Shown here: piece after piece, positions 46,607-58,171 of the stretch
Layout: the number at the start of each line of letters is the position of its first letter
Numbering within the stretch: the first letter of the stretch is position 1
NCBI GenBank assembly: GCA_001820875.1
Contig: MHRF01000013.1
Coordinates: 73,992-137,991 of the forward strand
Length of the DNA stretch: 64,000 nt
Direction of reading: 5' to 3'
DNA from: Candidatus Taylorbacteria bacterium RIFCSPHIGHO2_01_FULL_46_22b
GTDB taxonomy: Bacteria; Patescibacteriota; Minisyncoccia; Phycocordibacterales; DSPV01
Notes under the pieces: model-generated
Databases searched by the model: none
What the model saw: the letters and a program-made list of their open reading frames with translations, nothing else
Told to the model about the DNA's origin: nothing
Program-made: the position numbers and the translations under genes

Positions 46607-48094
46607 TCAGAGTTCCAAATCAAGAGTCTCGTCAATCCGAATCTTCTCGACAAAATCTTTTACGTGAGAAACGAGAATCATAGCACCCTGAAAACTGTCG
46701 AGTGCAGTGGCAATCAAAGGAATGTGGCGAAAGTTTATATGATTAGTCGGTTCATCAAGAATCAGAAGTCCAGGACGCTCAAGTACGAGTCGAGCAAACG
46801 CAACCAAGCCTTTCTGCCCTTCCGAAAGACTTCCTACCTTGCTACGAATTGCTTCCGCGTCAATGAGAAATCCTGCCGCGGTACTTCGCATTTTTTCCTC
46901 ATCTGCTTTGGGCATTACTTCCATTAAAGAGTTGTAGACCGTATCCTCGAAATTAAGTGTCGAGAAATCCTGACGGTAATATCCAATTTTCACCTCCTCC
47001 GCAATCTGCACTCCTTTTGCAGTCCGCTTGGCGATTGATTCAAGCAAGGTGCTCTTGCCAATTCCGTTGGGACCACGAAGCAACAAGTGTCCTCCGCGGC
47101 GAAGTGTTACCTGCACCTTACGCGTCACCACCACATGCTTCTTATTCATCACAGTGAAAGAAGAAATATTCACGAGTTCACCTCCTATATCATCCTGTGC
47201 AGGAATGCTAAATGGCCTGATTATCCTATCCTCTCGGCGCACATCCACTTTCTCTTCTTCAAGAATTTCTGCCTTTTCCCTCATCCGTTTGGCAACCAAA
47301 CGCATCTGGCCTCCTTTGTGAGCAAAGAAGTTGGCCTTGTCTTTATTTTCCTGTATTTCTTTTGCAAGCTGGGCATTTTTCCGATTTTCTTTTTCAATAC
47401 GAGCAGAAATCTCTTTCACCACGTCTAAATAGTTTCCAGAATATTGCTCGACTTTACGCGTATGCACATCTAAATAGAGGACTCCGTCGCTAAATGCATT
47501 AAGAAATGCTGCATCGTGAGAGATCACCATAACTGTCTTTTTGTAATTAATGAGAAATTGCGTCAGGTGGTCAATACCTGCTTTATCGAGATTGTTTGTT
47601 GGCTCGTCCAATAGCAACAAATCAGGATCAGCAATGAGCGCAGAGGCGAGCAGAAGGCGAGCTTGTTGGCCTCCAGAAAACGATTTAACAATCCGATCGT
47701 GCACTTTTTCATGACCACGAAGATTCACTACCTCGAGCACTTCATCAATACGCGGATCAATATCGTACACTTTTTCTGCAAAGCACTTTTGGAAAAAATC
47801 GCGTACGGAAATAGTAAGATCTTCGCGCGGGATTACTTGGCGCGAGAGCGCAATCGAGAGGCCATTCGATATATGTATCTTCCCCGATTCAGGATGCAAG
47901 CCACCAGTGATCAACTGGAATATAGTGCTTTTACCTGCACCATTTTGACCCATGAACGTAATTTTGGTTCCTCGGCGTACAGTAAAATCAACCTCGTCTA
48001 ATATAGGTTTTCGAGGTCCATATTCAAATGAGACTTTCTCAAACGAAACAACACTTTCTGATTTACCTTGGAGCTGGCGGTCAGGTTTTGCCAT
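46607..48094 (-). CDS. ABC-F family ATPase
   Basis: Two ABC domains (GQNGAGKS, GPNGIGKS, two LDEPTN motifs) and no TM segment. Confidence 0.92.
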   Translation of the reverse strand: MAKPDRQLQGKSESVVSFEKVSFEYGPRKPILDEVDFTVRRGTKITFMGQNGAGKSTIFQLITGGLHPESGKIHISNGLSIALSRQVIPREDLTISVRDFFQKCFAEKVYDIDPRIDEVLEVVNLRGHEKVHDRIVKSFSGGQQARLLLASALIADPDLLLLDEPTNNLDKAGIDHLTQFLINYKKTVMVISHDAAFLNAFSDGVLYLDVHTRKVEQYSGNYLDVVKEISARIEKENRKNAQLAKEIQENKDKANFFAHKGGQMRLVAKRMREKAEILEEEKVDVRREDRIIRPFSIPAQDDIGGELVNISSFTVMNKKHVVVTRKVQVTLRRGGHLLLRGPNGIGKSTLLESIAKRTAKGVQIAEEVKIGYYRQDFSTLNFEDTVYNSLMEVMPKADEEKMRSTAAGFLIDAEAIRSKVGSLSEGQKGLVAFARLVLERPGLLILDEPTNHINFRHIPLIATALDSFQGAMILVSHVKDFVEKIRIDETLDLEL

Positions 48095-48166
48095 ACGAGC
48101 CACTCTAACACAAAATCATGTTTCTGTGATCGGATGTGCCAAAACTAATACCGAAATTCGACACAC

Positions 48167-48556
48167 CTAACTCTGGAACTCAACCTCAAACGGATACATT
48201 CCCATCCCACATGACCCTTTGAGGATCCCAAGTTTGCCGGTACCAATATCAATATCTGTCAATCCTGTTTGAGGAAGAATCTTTGAGATATTCATACTGG
48301 GAATCCGAATCGAGGAAGAACAATCAAATGTCCCGCTGGTGTTAAACCGAAGAATAGTGGGTATGCCAGCTTGGGCGACATTTTTACGCGGAAAATATCC
48401 GCCCTTAGCCTTAATCTCAATAATCTGCACGCCATCCACAATAGAAACATTATTCATGTTGGGCACTTGTTCAACAGAAGGATTGCTGTCAGCAAGAATA
48501 TACGCCCCTCCAATCAGAACAATTGCGACAACAACTGATATAACCGTTGCTTTCAT
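48167..48556 (-). CDS. Cupredoxin-domain protein
   Basis: GGYFP, C, SCGMGMY. Confidence 0.82.
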   Translation of the reverse strand: MKATVISVVVAIVLIGGAYILADSNPSVEQVPNMNNVSIVDGVQIIEIKAKGGYFPRKNVAQAGIPTILRFNTSGTFDCSSSIRIPSMNISKILPQTGLTDIDIGTGKLGILKGSCGMGMYPFEVEFQS

Positions 48557-48569
48557 ATAGACAAGTATA

Positions 48570-49601
48570 CTAGAAAACGAATACCGGCGGTATGATCCCG
48601 ATTACCACCAAACTATTGATAAGGTTGAAGAGCGCAAACGCGATCACCACCAGCCCCGCCGATTTGAAGAAAATTCCTGACTTCGAACTATTTTTCATAC
48701 TAAACGAACTGAAACTCACCAGTGCGAGCACCGGAAATGTTCCAAGTGCAAATGCAAGCATAGTCAGTCCACCCGTAAGAAAACTTCCTGTGGAAAGTGT
48801 GTAGAGTTGCATTGATTGTGTAAACCCACACGGCAGAAAAAAAGTAGCTATACCAACGAGGAGCGGAGTAAATGTGTGATTAAGCTTGGATACTCCGTGA
48901 GCATATTTTGAAACAAACTTCGGCATTGAAGGCTGAAATTTTTTTGCCCACACAAATACATCCAAAAGATTAATACCAAGTATAAGCATCACAATACCCA
49001 CAACGAGACTCAGAACAAATGTAGCTGATGTATTAAGCGTAAATACAGCGCCAAGTGCACCAATAACACCTCCAAGTACAAAAAATGAGATGATGCGGCC
49101 TCCATGGAACATCAATTGCGGTTTTATCCTGTCCCCCTCTCTTGCAAAAGTGGCCGACATCGAAAGCACCAACCCACCCACCACTGCCATACAAGTTGAA
49201 AGCGAAGCGATGATGCCTACGACAAACGCAGTGCCATAAGTTACATTGCCGGAATTTACGAGATTGACGATCCCCATCTTCTGAAGACCTACGAAGAGCG
49301 TAATAAAACCAAGCGCTATTGGTAGAGCGATTTTAAACTCCTGCCATCTCACTGTGCGTTTCTGTTTTTCAACGGAAATGGTATAGCCGTGGGACTTGAG
49401 CGGAATAGTCAATTCTTCTGCAATTCTTTCCGGTGTTTTTTCTCCAAAATCTCCTGTTACTTCTATAGAATGCTTATTGAGATTTGATTTTACATACGTA
49501 ACATTCGGCAAATCTCCTATCTCGCTTTCGGTCATCAGTACACATGCATTGCAGTGCATGCCGTGAACGTGGAAAGTATATTTTTGAGTTTGTGTAGTCA
49601 T
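48570..49601 (-). CDS. HMA domain + DsbD_2/TauE-like membrane protein
   Basis: GMHCNAC; STCMAVVGG; FFLPCGFTQ. Confidence 0.85.
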   Translation of the reverse strand: MTTQTQKYTFHVHGMHCNACVLMTESEIGDLPNVTYVKSNLNKHSIEVTGDFGEKTPERIAEELTIPLKSHGYTISVEKQKRTVRWQEFKIALPIALGFITLFVGLQKMGIVNLVNSGNVTYGTAFVVGIIASLSTCMAVVGGLVLSMSATFAREGDRIKPQLMFHGGRIISFFVLGGVIGALGAVFTLNTSATFVLSLVVGIVMLILGINLLDVFVWAKKFQPSMPKFVSKYAHGVSKLNHTFTPLLVGIATFFLPCGFTQSMQLYTLSTGSFLTGGLTMLAFALGTFPVLALVSFSSFSMKNSSKSGIFFKSAGLVVIAFALFNLINSLVVIGIIPPVFVF

Positions 49602-49603
49602 GC

Positions 49604-51931
49604 TTATAGTTTTTTAGCTTTAATACGAAGTGAATTCGATACAACCGATACCGACGACATGGCCATGGCGAAACCGGCAAAGACAGGATTCAATAACCAA
49701 CCAAAGACAGGATAAAAAGCTCCTGCGGCAAGGGGTATTCCTACGACGTTGTAGATAAACGCCCAGAAGAGATTCTGCTTAATGCCACGCATAGTGATCT
49801 TCGAAAGCTTAATCGCCTTCACGATCTTGGAAATATCTCCGCCAAGAAGCGTGATACCAGCTGACTCTATTGCCACATCAGTTCCGGTCCCCATGGCGAT
49901 ACCAACATCTGCTTGAGCGAGTGCTGGAGCATCGTTTACACCATCACCCGCCATTGCTACCACTCGACCTTGTGACTGAAGCTCTTTTATCTTTTCGAGT
50001 TTGTCTTTCGGGAGCACATGAGCTACCACATCATCAATACCAACGAGCGATGCAATGTATTTTGCCGCCTTTTCATCATCGCCGGTAAGCATAACTACTT
50101 TGACTCCTAGAGCATGAAGATTTTTTACTGCCTCGATTGATTCAGATTTGATTTCATCAGCCACCATTACAAAACCGAGAACCTTTTCTTTGGTAGCGAG
50201 AATAACTGGCGTTTTGCCCTGCGAAGTAAACTCGTTAAGTTTTGTCGCATCAAAGGATACTTTTAGATCACTTATGAGTTTTGCATTGCCGACAAAGTAT
50301 TCCGTGCCGTTAATTTCCCCCTTAAGCCCTTTGCCTTGTATCCCTTCAAAGTCCATTGCTTCGGAGATAAAAATGCTCTGCTCCTCGGCATAGTTAACGA
50401 TCGCATGAGCAATGGGATGTTCTGATTTTTTCTCAAGCGATGCCAGAATCGATACGAGTTCATCGTCTTTTTGGTTTGAAAGGTTTTGAATATCGACGAG
50501 CGTCGGCTTGCCTCGAGTTAATGTACCTGTTTTATCAACCACAACAGTATTTACCTTATGTAATTTTTCAAGAGTTGCGGCATCCTTGATAAGGATCCCT
50601 TCTCTCGCTCCCTTACCAACCCCCACGATTATTGCTGTCGGTGTGGCAAGACCGAGTGCACAAGGGCAAGCGATGACGAGTATTCCTACGAAAGAGACGA
50701 GGCCAAAGGAGAGAGCTTGTGAAAAACCTAGATACTGTGATCCGATAATGAGCCATGCACCGAGAGTTAGAAATGCAATCACTAGGACAATCGGTACAAA
50801 GACTGACGAAATTTTGTCTGCGAGAGCCTGTATCGGAGCCTTGCTTCCCTGAGCTTCCTCAACCATCTTGATGATCTGGGCGAGTAATGTTTCTGATCCA
50901 ACTTTTGTTGCTTTAAATGTAAAAGATCCACTGGTGTTGATTGTTCCGGATACAACACTGTCTCCGATCTTTTTCTGCACTGACATCGGCTCACCTGTAA
51001 CCATAGATTCATCAACAAAAGAACTGCCGAGAGTGATAACACCGTCCACTGGAATCTTTACGCCAGGCTTAACGATGATCAGATCACCTTGCTTGACGTC
51101 ATTTACCGATATTTCTATTTCTTTACCATCACGTATAACGAGTGCGGTCTTGGCTTGCAGATTAAGAAGTTTTTCTATAGCGTCGCCCGTCTTTATTTTC
51201 GATCGAGCTTCTAAGTATTTGCCAAGCGCGATAAAAGTAATAACCACGATCGTCACATCGTAGTATTGATAATCAACATTTATAAAAGGCCGGAGTGTTT
51301 CCTCAAGGGCAGTAACTGCAAAACTGTATAAAAAGGCGGCTGTAGTTCCAATACCAATGAGCGTGTCCATGTTTGCCTTGCCGTATCGGAGAAATCTATA
51401 AAAACCAAGTAGGTATGGCTTACCAAGGACAAAGAGTATATAGGTCGCCATCAGAGGCAGGAGATGATGAAAAAACTCTTTTACCACATAACCCATTTCT
51501 GATACGACACCGTACTCCGCAAGAATATCCCAGCCCATGACAAAAGCGGCAAAAATCGCAATAGGGATGGCTGAAAACACTTTTGTTCGCATGCCCGTAA
51601 CCTCGGCTAACTTTTCCTTTTTAGATTGATTTATTCCTAAATGAGCCGCATGTTCATCTGCTGACATACCCATCTCCTCTGCTAATTGACCGCCATCCTC
51701 ATGTGAAGTTTCCTGATCCAAAAAGAGAGAGTAGCCCAGCGGCTCTATTTTCCTTGAAAGCTCCTGTACACTTGTTTTTGATTCATCAAAAGCCACTTTT
51801 GCTTTTTCAGTCCCATAATTCACTTCAGCAGAGTGGACCCCTTCAGTTTTCTTGAAAGTTTTCTCGATAATGCCTGCGCATGAAGCACAGTGCATTCCTT
51901 TTATTCTGTAAGTTTTTGTTGGATGATTCAT
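49604..51931 (-). CDS. copA: Copper-translocating P1B-type ATPase
   Basis: [38 protein letters not shown]. Confidence 0.95.
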   Translation of the reverse strand: MNHPTKTYRIKGMHCASCAGIIEKTFKKTEGVHSAEVNYGTEKAKVAFDESKTSVQELSRKIEPLGYSLFLDQETSHEDGGQLAEEMGMSADEHAAHLGINQSKKEKLAEVTGMRTKVFSAIPIAIFAAFVMGWDILAEYGVVSEMGYVVKEFFHHLLPLMATYILFVLGKPYLLGFYRFLRYGKANMDTLIGIGTTAAFLYSFAVTALEETLRPFINVDYQYYDVTIVVITFIALGKYLEARSKIKTGDAIEKLLNLQAKTALVIRDGKEIEISVNDVKQGDLIIVKPGVKIPVDGVITLGSSFVDESMVTGEPMSVQKKIGDSVVSGTINTSGSFTFKATKVGSETLLAQIIKMVEEAQGSKAPIQALADKISSVFVPIVLVIAFLTLGAWLIIGSQYLGFSQALSFGLVSFVGILVIACPCALGLATPTAIIVGVGKGAREGILIKDAATLEKLHKVNTVVVDKTGTLTRGKPTLVDIQNLSNQKDDELVSILASLEKKSEHPIAHAIVNYAEEQSIFISEAMDFEGIQGKGLKGEINGTEYFVGNAKLISDLKVSFDATKLNEFTSQGKTPVILATKEKVLGFVMVADEIKSESIEAVKNLHALGVKVVMLTGDDEKAAKYIASLVGIDDVVAHVLPKDKLEKIKELQSQGRVVAMAGDGVNDAPALAQADVGIAMGTGTDVAIESAGITLLGGDISKIVKAIKLSKITMRGIKQNLFWAFIYNVVGIPLAAGAFYPVFGWLLNPVFAGFAMAMSSVSVVSNSLRIKAKKL

Positions 51932-51936
51932 ATTTT

Positions 51937-52206
51937 TTATTTGCGCTTAAGACCATATACTTTAAGTATCTCTTTGACCGCCGTACCTTCTTTCCCCTTT
52001 TTCATTTGATGCACCACGCAAGTACTTAAATGGTTTTCCATTAACACATCTTCAATACCTGACAGAGCTTGTTTAACCGCAGATGTCTGTGTAATCACAT
52101 CAATACAGTAGGTGTCTTTTCTAAGCATCTCCTGCAATCCTCTGACCTGTCCTTCGACAATCTTAAGGCGGCGGACAAGTTTTTGTTTAGTTGGACTCAT
52201 GGGCAT
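51937..52206 (-). CDS. csoR: CsoR/RcnR-family metal-sensing repressor
   Basis: [22 protein letters not shown]. Confidence 0.9.
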   Translation of the reverse strand: MPMSPTKQKLVRRLKIVEGQVRGLQEMLRKDTYCIDVITQTSAVKQALSGIEDVLMENHLSTCVVHQMKKGKEGTAVKEILKVYGLKRK

Positions 52207-52242
52207 TAAAAATATTTAGTAATAATTCAATTACCACCAAGT

Positions 52243-52259
52243 ATACCCCCTAGGGGTAT
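52243..52259. promoter_or_regulatory. CsoR-type operator
   Basis: ATACCCC-CTA-GGGGTAT C/G-tract palindrome upstream of csoR. Confidence 0.8.
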
Positions 52260-52334
52260 TAGTGTCAACTGTGGATAAAAACCTTCTACACAGAGAGTTT
52301 TACTTCAAACCAGTGAAATTTTATCTCAAGTCCC

Positions 52335-53036
52335 CTACTTGGATACCTGATCTAAAAAACTAAAGAGAAATTTATTCATTTCAGAATAATCACATTTCCT
52401 CAACACTTCGGCAGTTTGTATAAAAGGCAAATTTTTATATTTTTCCAATTCATCAGCATTGTTCTGAATCATTCCTTCAATAGCTTCGGGAGTAAACTCA
52501 AAATGACACTGGAAACCCCATATCTTCGGCGTATAGCGGACTATTTGGCGCGGACATCCCTCGCTCATCGCTAACACTTGTGATTCGGGAGTAAGCCCTG
52601 GCATATCACCATGCCAGTGCCCTACCATAAATTTTACCGGAAACGTCGAGAATATCGGATCTTGTTTTCCATCTTCAGTAAGTGTCAGAGGAAAAACTCC
52701 GATTTCTCTGTGGGGGCTATGATCAAAATGTGCGCCAAGCGCTTCTCCAATAAACTGCGCGCCAAGGCATACCCCAAGCAAAATCTTTTTCTCCTTAATT
52801 GCTTTCTTGATAAAAGCAATTTCTTTTTTTGCATCAAAATGCGAACATTCCTCAAGGGTTGTAGCGGGAGATTGTGGTCCTCCCATCACTACCAAAAAAT
52901 CAAAATTACACTCGGTGGGAAAAGTGTCGCCGTTATACAATCTGGTGTAAGTCATCTCGCAACCCTTCTTCTTCGCCCATGTTTCTATCGCCGCAGGAGA
53001 TTCAAAACTTTCATGCGTGACGAAATGGATCTTCAT
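52335..53036 (-). CDS. Class I glutamine amidotransferase-like protein
   Basis: MGGPQS, GVCLGAQ, WHGD, QCHFE. Confidence 0.9.
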   Translation of the reverse strand: MKIHFVTHESFESPAAIETWAKKKGCEMTYTRLYNGDTFPTECNFDFLVVMGGPQSPATTLEECSHFDAKKEIAFIKKAIKEKKILLGVCLGAQFIGEALGAHFDHSPHREIGVFPLTLTEDGKQDPIFSTFPVKFMVGHWHGDMPGLTPESQVLAMSEGCPRQIVRYTPKIWGFQCHFEFTPEAIEGMIQNNADELEKYKNLPFIQTAEVLRKCDYSEMNKFLFSFLDQVSK

Positions 53037-53049
53037 ATCTCACTCGGAA

Positions 53050-53370
53050 TTACTTTACCTCTTCCCACTCACCTGTTTCATTTTGCACAGCAATTTGCTC
53101 TCCAAATACAGATGCTCCGCCCTCATAATACACAGCAGAAATGCAAGTGACTGTCTCTACGACATTCGGAAAGTTTCCCCTCCTTGTATATAAATATTCA
53201 GTTTTTTCACCTGCATTTTTACCTTTAACTTCTGCCTCAAGAAAATAGAGTCCTTCCCCATCAGACATCTCGCGAATAAATGTGGCCCCTTCGGCAAAAC
53301 GTGAGATAGCTTCCATCACTTCGTCTCTCGTTAAAATCCGTTCAGGTGCCCTTTCAGGTGAGTTGTTCAT
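53050..53370 (-). CDS. Hypothetical protein
   Basis: Probable start MNNSPER at 53370. Confidence 0.6.
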   Translation of the reverse strand: MNNSPERAPERILTRDEVMEAISRFAEGATFIREMSDGEGLYFLEAEVKGKNAGEKTEYLYTRRGNFPNVVETVTCISAVYYEGGASVFGEQIAVQNETGEWEEVK

Positions 53371-53680
53371 AGATATATAGTATAACAAAAAGACTCGAGT
53401 TGAAATATGAAAATCAACTATACTTGTGCTACCATTCGAAATGGAAGGATGCCAAATGAAAACGACCAAAAACCGAGAAAAGAAAGCAGGTTCCAGAAAG
53501 TGCTCTGTTCGGAGCGCAGGAAGCGTCAACTTGTTCGCAATTTCCTGCATAACTCAAACCGCCGCGCAATGTCCTACTCGAAGAGCAAGGGTAGCCCGCT
53601 ATTTTTGTCCCGAGCGCTAATCTTTGCTCGACCTCTCCAAACTCCCTTCGGGGAGTTTGTCTTTTTAATAGTTTAACTTA

Positions 53681-54982
53681 TTACTCAAGCGTGTTAAGGA
53701 CGGCACGAGTCTTTGGTCCAACACTCCCCAGAGGTTCAATCCCCTTTGCGTTCTGGAACGCAATAACCGAAACACGTGTGATTGCTCCAAAGTAACCTGT
53801 TGGTTCAACAGTAAAATATCCTGTGCTCTGAAGCAGAAGTTGAAGTTTGCGCACATCTTCCCCACGCGATCCCTGTTGTAAATTCATTGTGAATACAAAC
53901 GATTGTCCTGCGATTGGATTACTAGACGCGTCGAGAGCCGCACGAGTCTTTGGACCTACCACACCAATAGGATCGATACCTTTCGCATTCTGAAATGCGA
54001 TAAGTGATTTTTCAGTGAGCGGGCCGAAATATCCAGTAACCTCGGCTGAAAAGTAGCCTAAATCTTTGAGCTGCTGTTGCAATATTTTAACGGCTTCTCC
54101 GGTCGAACCAAAAGACAGACTCGAGGAATTACCTTTAACGGGGAGGGGTAGGAATTTTGCTGAAGCAGTAAGTGCTTTTCTGGTAAGTACATCGGCAATT
54201 CCACTTGGTGCGAGTCCTTTGGCATTCTGGAAGCGTCTAACCGCTTCTCGCGTCACAGAATCATATGTATCAGTAATTTCACCTGCATAATAACCAAGTG
54301 ACTCTAATTCACCCTGAAGAATCTTAACCTCTTGATCGATCATCCCTTCTTGAAGAATTTTCGGCGCAACAACCTGTTCCTCCGCCTCTAGACCTCCTTC
54401 ATTTGAATGCATGACATTCACGCTCGACTGACCTCGGGACTGGCCACCTGAAGCAGAGAGCAGTGTCTCATAGGGATTGAGGGTAGTTCGGTCAGGAGCA
54501 CGTATCTCGAAGTGAAGGTGCGAAACTGTTGCTTCTGCATTTCCGCTATCCCCAACCCAACCAATAATTTGTCCTTTAGTGACTGCTGTTCTGCGCGCGA
54601 GACCTGATGCATATGCGTTTGACTCCCCTCCCTGTCCATCATCGGTCCCCGGAGTATCGTTATTGAGATGGAGATACCGATATGAATACCCTTCCGAATC
54701 ACGAATCGTTATTGAATATCCCCACGATGCCTGCGGAATCGCAATATAAGTAATGGTGCCGTCAGCGACTGCTACCACCGGCGTCATCTTATCCGCAATA
54801 ATATCGATGCCCAGATGCTCTCTTGCTCCACCCGCACGAGGCTCTGCAAAATCGTTTCTGAAGCTATACTCGCCACTTACCGGAAAGATGATGGTACGAA
54901 CTTGTGCACGTGCTGTTGAAGCAATAGAAGAGGAAACAAGAAAAACAATCACCGCAAGGAAAAAGAGCGTGTGAAATCTCAT
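53681..54982 (-). CDS. M23 peptidase with three peptidoglycan-binding domains
   Basis: HLGID, YLHL, HLHFE; three LQ..L..LGY...G.T..A...FQ repeats. Confidence 0.92.
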   Translation of the reverse strand: MRFHTLFFLAVIVFLVSSSIASTARAQVRTIIFPVSGEYSFRNDFAEPRAGGAREHLGIDIIADKMTPVVAVADGTITYIAIPQASWGYSITIRDSEGYSYRYLHLNNDTPGTDDGQGGESNAYASGLARRTAVTKGQIIGWVGDSGNAEATVSHLHFEIRAPDRTTLNPYETLLSASGGQSRGQSSVNVMHSNEGGLEAEEQVVAPKILQEGMIDQEVKILQGELESLGYYAGEITDTYDSVTREAVRRFQNAKGLAPSGIADVLTRKALTASAKFLPLPVKGNSSSLSFGSTGEAVKILQQQLKDLGYFSAEVTGYFGPLTEKSLIAFQNAKGIDPIGVVGPKTRAALDASSNPIAGQSFVFTMNLQQGSRGEDVRKLQLLLQSTGYFTVEPTGYFGAITRVSVIAFQNAKGIEPLGSVGPKTRAVLNTLE

Positions 54983-55042
54983 ACTAGTACAGACGTTTTG
55001 GTCTCCTGAAGCTTACCTGACTAATGCAAAAATCTTGTACGT

Positions 55043-55200
55043 TTATTGCCTAGCGAAGTGAGAGAAGTGAAAAAATCCTTTTTTCACTTCCGAACAAGCG
55101 ACGGCAACAAAGGGTGTTCATACCCCGCCCCTTGGGGCGGATGAGGGCGCGCCCTGCGCGCTCCTCATGCGGGGCTTGCCCCGAGATAAATACCCCTTTA
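55043..55200. repeat. Intermediate copy of the nested repeat family, with a different GC-rich insert
   Basis: TTATTGCCTAGCGA...CCGAACAAGCGACGGCAACAAAGGGT...ATACCCCTTTA. Confidence 0.75.
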
Positions 55201-56220
55201 TAGTGTTCCGAAACGGCGGCGATCAAAAAGAAGCGAGAAAAATGCGAGCACAGCAAAGATAAACGGAATCCAGTAGTCTGGTAAATAGAGACGAGCTATG
55301 TTCCAGTAACTTATCCATTGAATAGAGACCGTTCCGTTCACGGTGGCAACGTTATCAAGAAGTGTTTGATCTTGTGTTTGCACAGCTTTCTGCCAATCTT
55401 GTGCGTATTTGATATTCCGATCAGCCTCATTGAGCTGGAGCGTGTATGATGCATTTTCATTTACGAGCTGTTTCTTCAGCGATGCCACATTGTCGGATAC
55501 AGATTGTATCTGGATCAATAGTTGAGGTGTTTCAGTTTGTGCGCGCAACGTTACTAACTGCTGTGTATCAGCGTCAATTTGTGACTGCAGCGACTGCACT
55601 TTGCTTGCATGCGCATTGACGAGCTTTTGGCGCGCAGTCTTGTAATCCGAAAGCGTGGTATCTGCCTGCTTTTGCTGTTCTTCAATATTCTGCTTTTGCG
55701 GCAAGAGATTTTGCGATGAAATATTGATTGTAAGAAAACGGCTAGGAACCAAACTTTCGAGTTCGGCACGAAACGCATCATACTTACCTTGCGGTAAGGC
55801 AAAACTGACCGATCCATATTTAGGAGAACTTGATTGCTGGTCAATACGGCCATCATATCCTCGCACGGTAGTTTCCACTCGGCGCGTCAATCCCTGCACA
55901 TCACGCGTACTCATAGAAGTGTTGTAATACACTTTCAAAAATTCTCTGGTGTCGGTCACGGGAACATCGGGATTGGGATACGGGTACGGATAGTAGAGAC
56001 TACCATCCCGAGTAGGCGCGCCGGCAGCGGTCGGGTATGACACACCCGAATTTGGAGAATCTTCCATCACTCCTACACTAGTGCCCATCGGCACCGCATA
56101 CCGCATGCTCGGACGAGCAACTGCGACAAAAGTGCCAATCGCAAGAATGGTTAATACAATGGTAAGCCACGAAACACGTCGCGGCCAAAATTTACGAGGA
56201 GTATTTTGATTGTCGGTCAT
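55198..56220 (-). CDS. DUF4349-like coiled-coil membrane protein
   Basis: N- and C-terminal TM segments, central coiled coil. Confidence 0.65.
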   Translation of the reverse strand: MTDNQNTPRKFWPRRVSWLTIVLTILAIGTFVAVARPSMRYAVPMGTSVGVMEDSPNSGVSYPTAAGAPTRDGSLYYPYPYPNPDVPVTDTREFLKVYYNTSMSTRDVQGLTRRVETTVRGYDGRIDQQSSSPKYGSVSFALPQGKYDAFRAELESLVPSRFLTINISSQNLLPQKQNIEEQQKQADTTLSDYKTARQKLVNAHASKVQSLQSQIDADTQQLVTLRAQTETPQLLIQIQSVSDNVASLKKQLVNENASYTLQLNEADRNIKYAQDWQKAVQTQDQTLLDNVATVNGTVSIQWISYWNIARLYLPDYWIPFIFAVLAFFSLLFDRRRFGTL

Positions 56221-56445
56221 ATAGTAATCCTAACACATAATTCTTTAGTACTTATCAAGACGTCCGATTGGAATCTTCCTTACAACGGATACTTTGTACC
56301 GTGAATTTTGAACTTCCTGAGAAAAGACTTGCCAAAACAATATTTTATGTTATTGTTCAATCCGAACAATATTCACTGTACGAAACGCCAAAGAACGTAC
56401 AGTGACAACCAGCTCTTTGGCAAAACCCAGAAAGGACCCGTTGGT

Positions 56446-56976
56446 ATGCGAAAAGCAAGACAACTTTATCTAAGTCCAGCCCAGGATTTCCTCGACAATC
56501 TAGCCCTCGATGATATCGCCAGAGTAATGCAAAAACTCTGTTCGGAGAGCGAGGCTCCGGACAAAAAAGGTGGAGTTCTCGCGGTTGCCATTCGAAACAG
56601 GCACACCGGGGACACCTCCTTTGAATCAATCACCGTCGGCGATGCTGGAAAACGTTGCGTGGAGTTCGCAAAGAACGCCGCGGAAAAAATCCATCGTTTG
56701 ATGGGGCGGCGCGATGACGGATACAAAGACATCGCCGCCTCAAAAAGCGCCAATCCCAATCATCGGAACAAGCGCCTTCGAACTTACGGCGGATGTCTGG
56801 TCTTCATCGACGGTGGCGACGAATACTACATTTCTTTTTCGGGCGCCCCCGCTCACGTGGACGAAGTGCTGGTATTCGTCATCGGAGAAAACGAGGACTT
56901 AACTCCACCTCGTGGGTACAAAAACAGACTGATACCCCGAGCTCGTGAGCTCTTGGGAACGTTGGAATTTGATTGA
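56446..56976 (+). CDS. Hypothetical protein (weak GlcG/HbpS-like pattern)
   Basis: AAEK...YGGCLV...ISFSGAPAHVDE; AAGGA RBS; terminator near 56995-57027. Confidence 0.55.
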   Translation: MRKARQLYLSPAQDFLDNLALDDIARVMQKLCSESEAPDKKGGVLAVAIRNRHTGDTSFESITVGDAGKRCVEFAKNAAEKIHRLMGRRDDGYKDIAASKSANPNHRNKRLRTYGGCLVFIDGGDEYYISFSGAPAHVDEVLVFVIGENEDLTPPRGYKNRLIPRARELLGTLEFD

Positions 56977-57071
56977 CCCATCACTCTTTCGCCGCGCGGC
57001 AACCTGTAAGGTTGCCGCGTTCTTTTTATGCTCTTGAATTTGTTGGATCTGACTCCAACTCCAGTTTGCAC

Positions 57072-57629
57072 CTAAATTTGCACGAGTTCCGTCGTTTTGA
57101 TACTGCCATCTTCTGCGGATTCGTCGTAGCGCTCAATGCTAAAGCCATGCCCCCGTTTAAAGGCGGAAAATATCGTGCCAGATTCGACAAAACTACACTG
57201 CACGCGTCCGATCACAATCCCCTCATTCTGCAGTTCACTGGTCGTGGTGCCTGTACAACCCATTGCCACTCCAAGATCATAGCGCTTTGACTTGCCGTCG
57301 TAAGTCGTAATATCGGCAGCGATCTTCTGCTCGTAAAAAAGGAAGTCGTCGGGATTTGTAATAGTAGGATCCGCCTTCTCGATGCTCCAGCTTACTTTGC
57401 GAACCGTCGTAGCATCATAATTTCGAAACGGATTGAGAGAACCACCAGTGATGTAGAAACCGAGTTGGCCTACAAGCCAGATCGGCGGCGCACAATCGTC
57501 CCCACCTTCCACATTGACTATAGGTTCTCGGTGGCAGCCATAGTGGATAGTCGAACCGATGAAACGCACGCCAGCAAAAAGCCCAAGTGCGATAACGACG
57601 AAAATAATGGTTTTAAGAGTTTGGTTCAT
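57072..57629 (-). CDS. Hypothetical membrane-anchored protein
   Basis: N-terminal TM, 185 aa. Confidence 0.65.
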   Translation of the reverse strand: MNQTLKTIIFVVIALGLFAGVRFIGSTIHYGCHREPIVNVEGGDDCAPPIWLVGQLGFYITGGSLNPFRNYDATTVRKVSWSIEKADPTITNPDDFLFYEQKIAADITTYDGKSKRYDLGVAMGCTGTTTSELQNEGIVIGRVQCSFVESGTIFSAFKRGHGFSIERYDESAEDGSIKTTELVQI

Positions 57630-57633
57630 ATTT

Positions 57634-57833
57634 TTATTGTCTAGCGAGTGAGCGACCTAAATTTCAAGGAGCAAAGCGACTATGAAATTGGGAGCACTCT
57701 TGTGGTGCGGAGAGAAAATGTATCTTCTTTTTCTCTCCCGAACGAGCGACCTAGATTTCTTACGAGCATAGCGAATGTAGAAATCGGAAGTACTCTCGTG
57801 GTGCGACGGCAGCAAAGGGTTTAATACCCTTTA
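57634..57833. repeat. Long copy of the nested palindromic repeat
   Basis: About 96% identical to 6648-6840. Confidence 0.9.
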
Positions 57834-58160
57834 TTTGAGGCCTTCTATTCCCATCGAACCTGCCGCGAGCGCCATAGCGATGACGAGAACTGTAGCAACA
57901 GCAAACGCTCCGACGGTTTTAAGGAAAAGTTTTACTCCCTCTTCGCGATGACCGTCGAGAAACATGATGACCGGTTGGTAGAAAAAGAGATATGCCATCA
58001 GGGCTACGGAGAGCACAAATACGGCGAGGAAGCTCATCGGCAAAAAGATCGTCTCGCTGACAACGCCCTCCAAGAAGTTTGAAGCGTTAAAAACCGTCGT
58101 TACGAGCACGACGATATACGAGATGGCAAAGAGTGCGTTGTAAATTGGATTTTTTGTCAT
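57831..58160 (-). CDS. Small three-TM membrane protein
   Basis: Hydrophobic 109 aa; same operon as the HTH and DUF2975 genes. Confidence 0.7.
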   Translation of the reverse strand: MTKNPIYNALFAISYIVVLVTTVFNASNFLEGVVSETIFLPMSFLAVFVLSVALMAYLFFYQPVIMFLDGHREEGVKLFLKTVGAFAVATVLVIAMALAAGSMGIEGLK

Positions 58161-58171
58161 AGATTCAAAAA

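Noticed and set aside
48167-52259. csoR-copA-HMA/DsbD_2-cupredoxin cluster as a novel system
   Set aside because: This is a familiar copper-homeostasis arrangement with a typical operator.
53371-53676. Short plus-strand ORFs at 53407 and 53426, and the upstream extension of the 53050 ORF
   Set aside because: They have no recognisable motifs and overlap each other. The region is more likely intergenic with hairpins.
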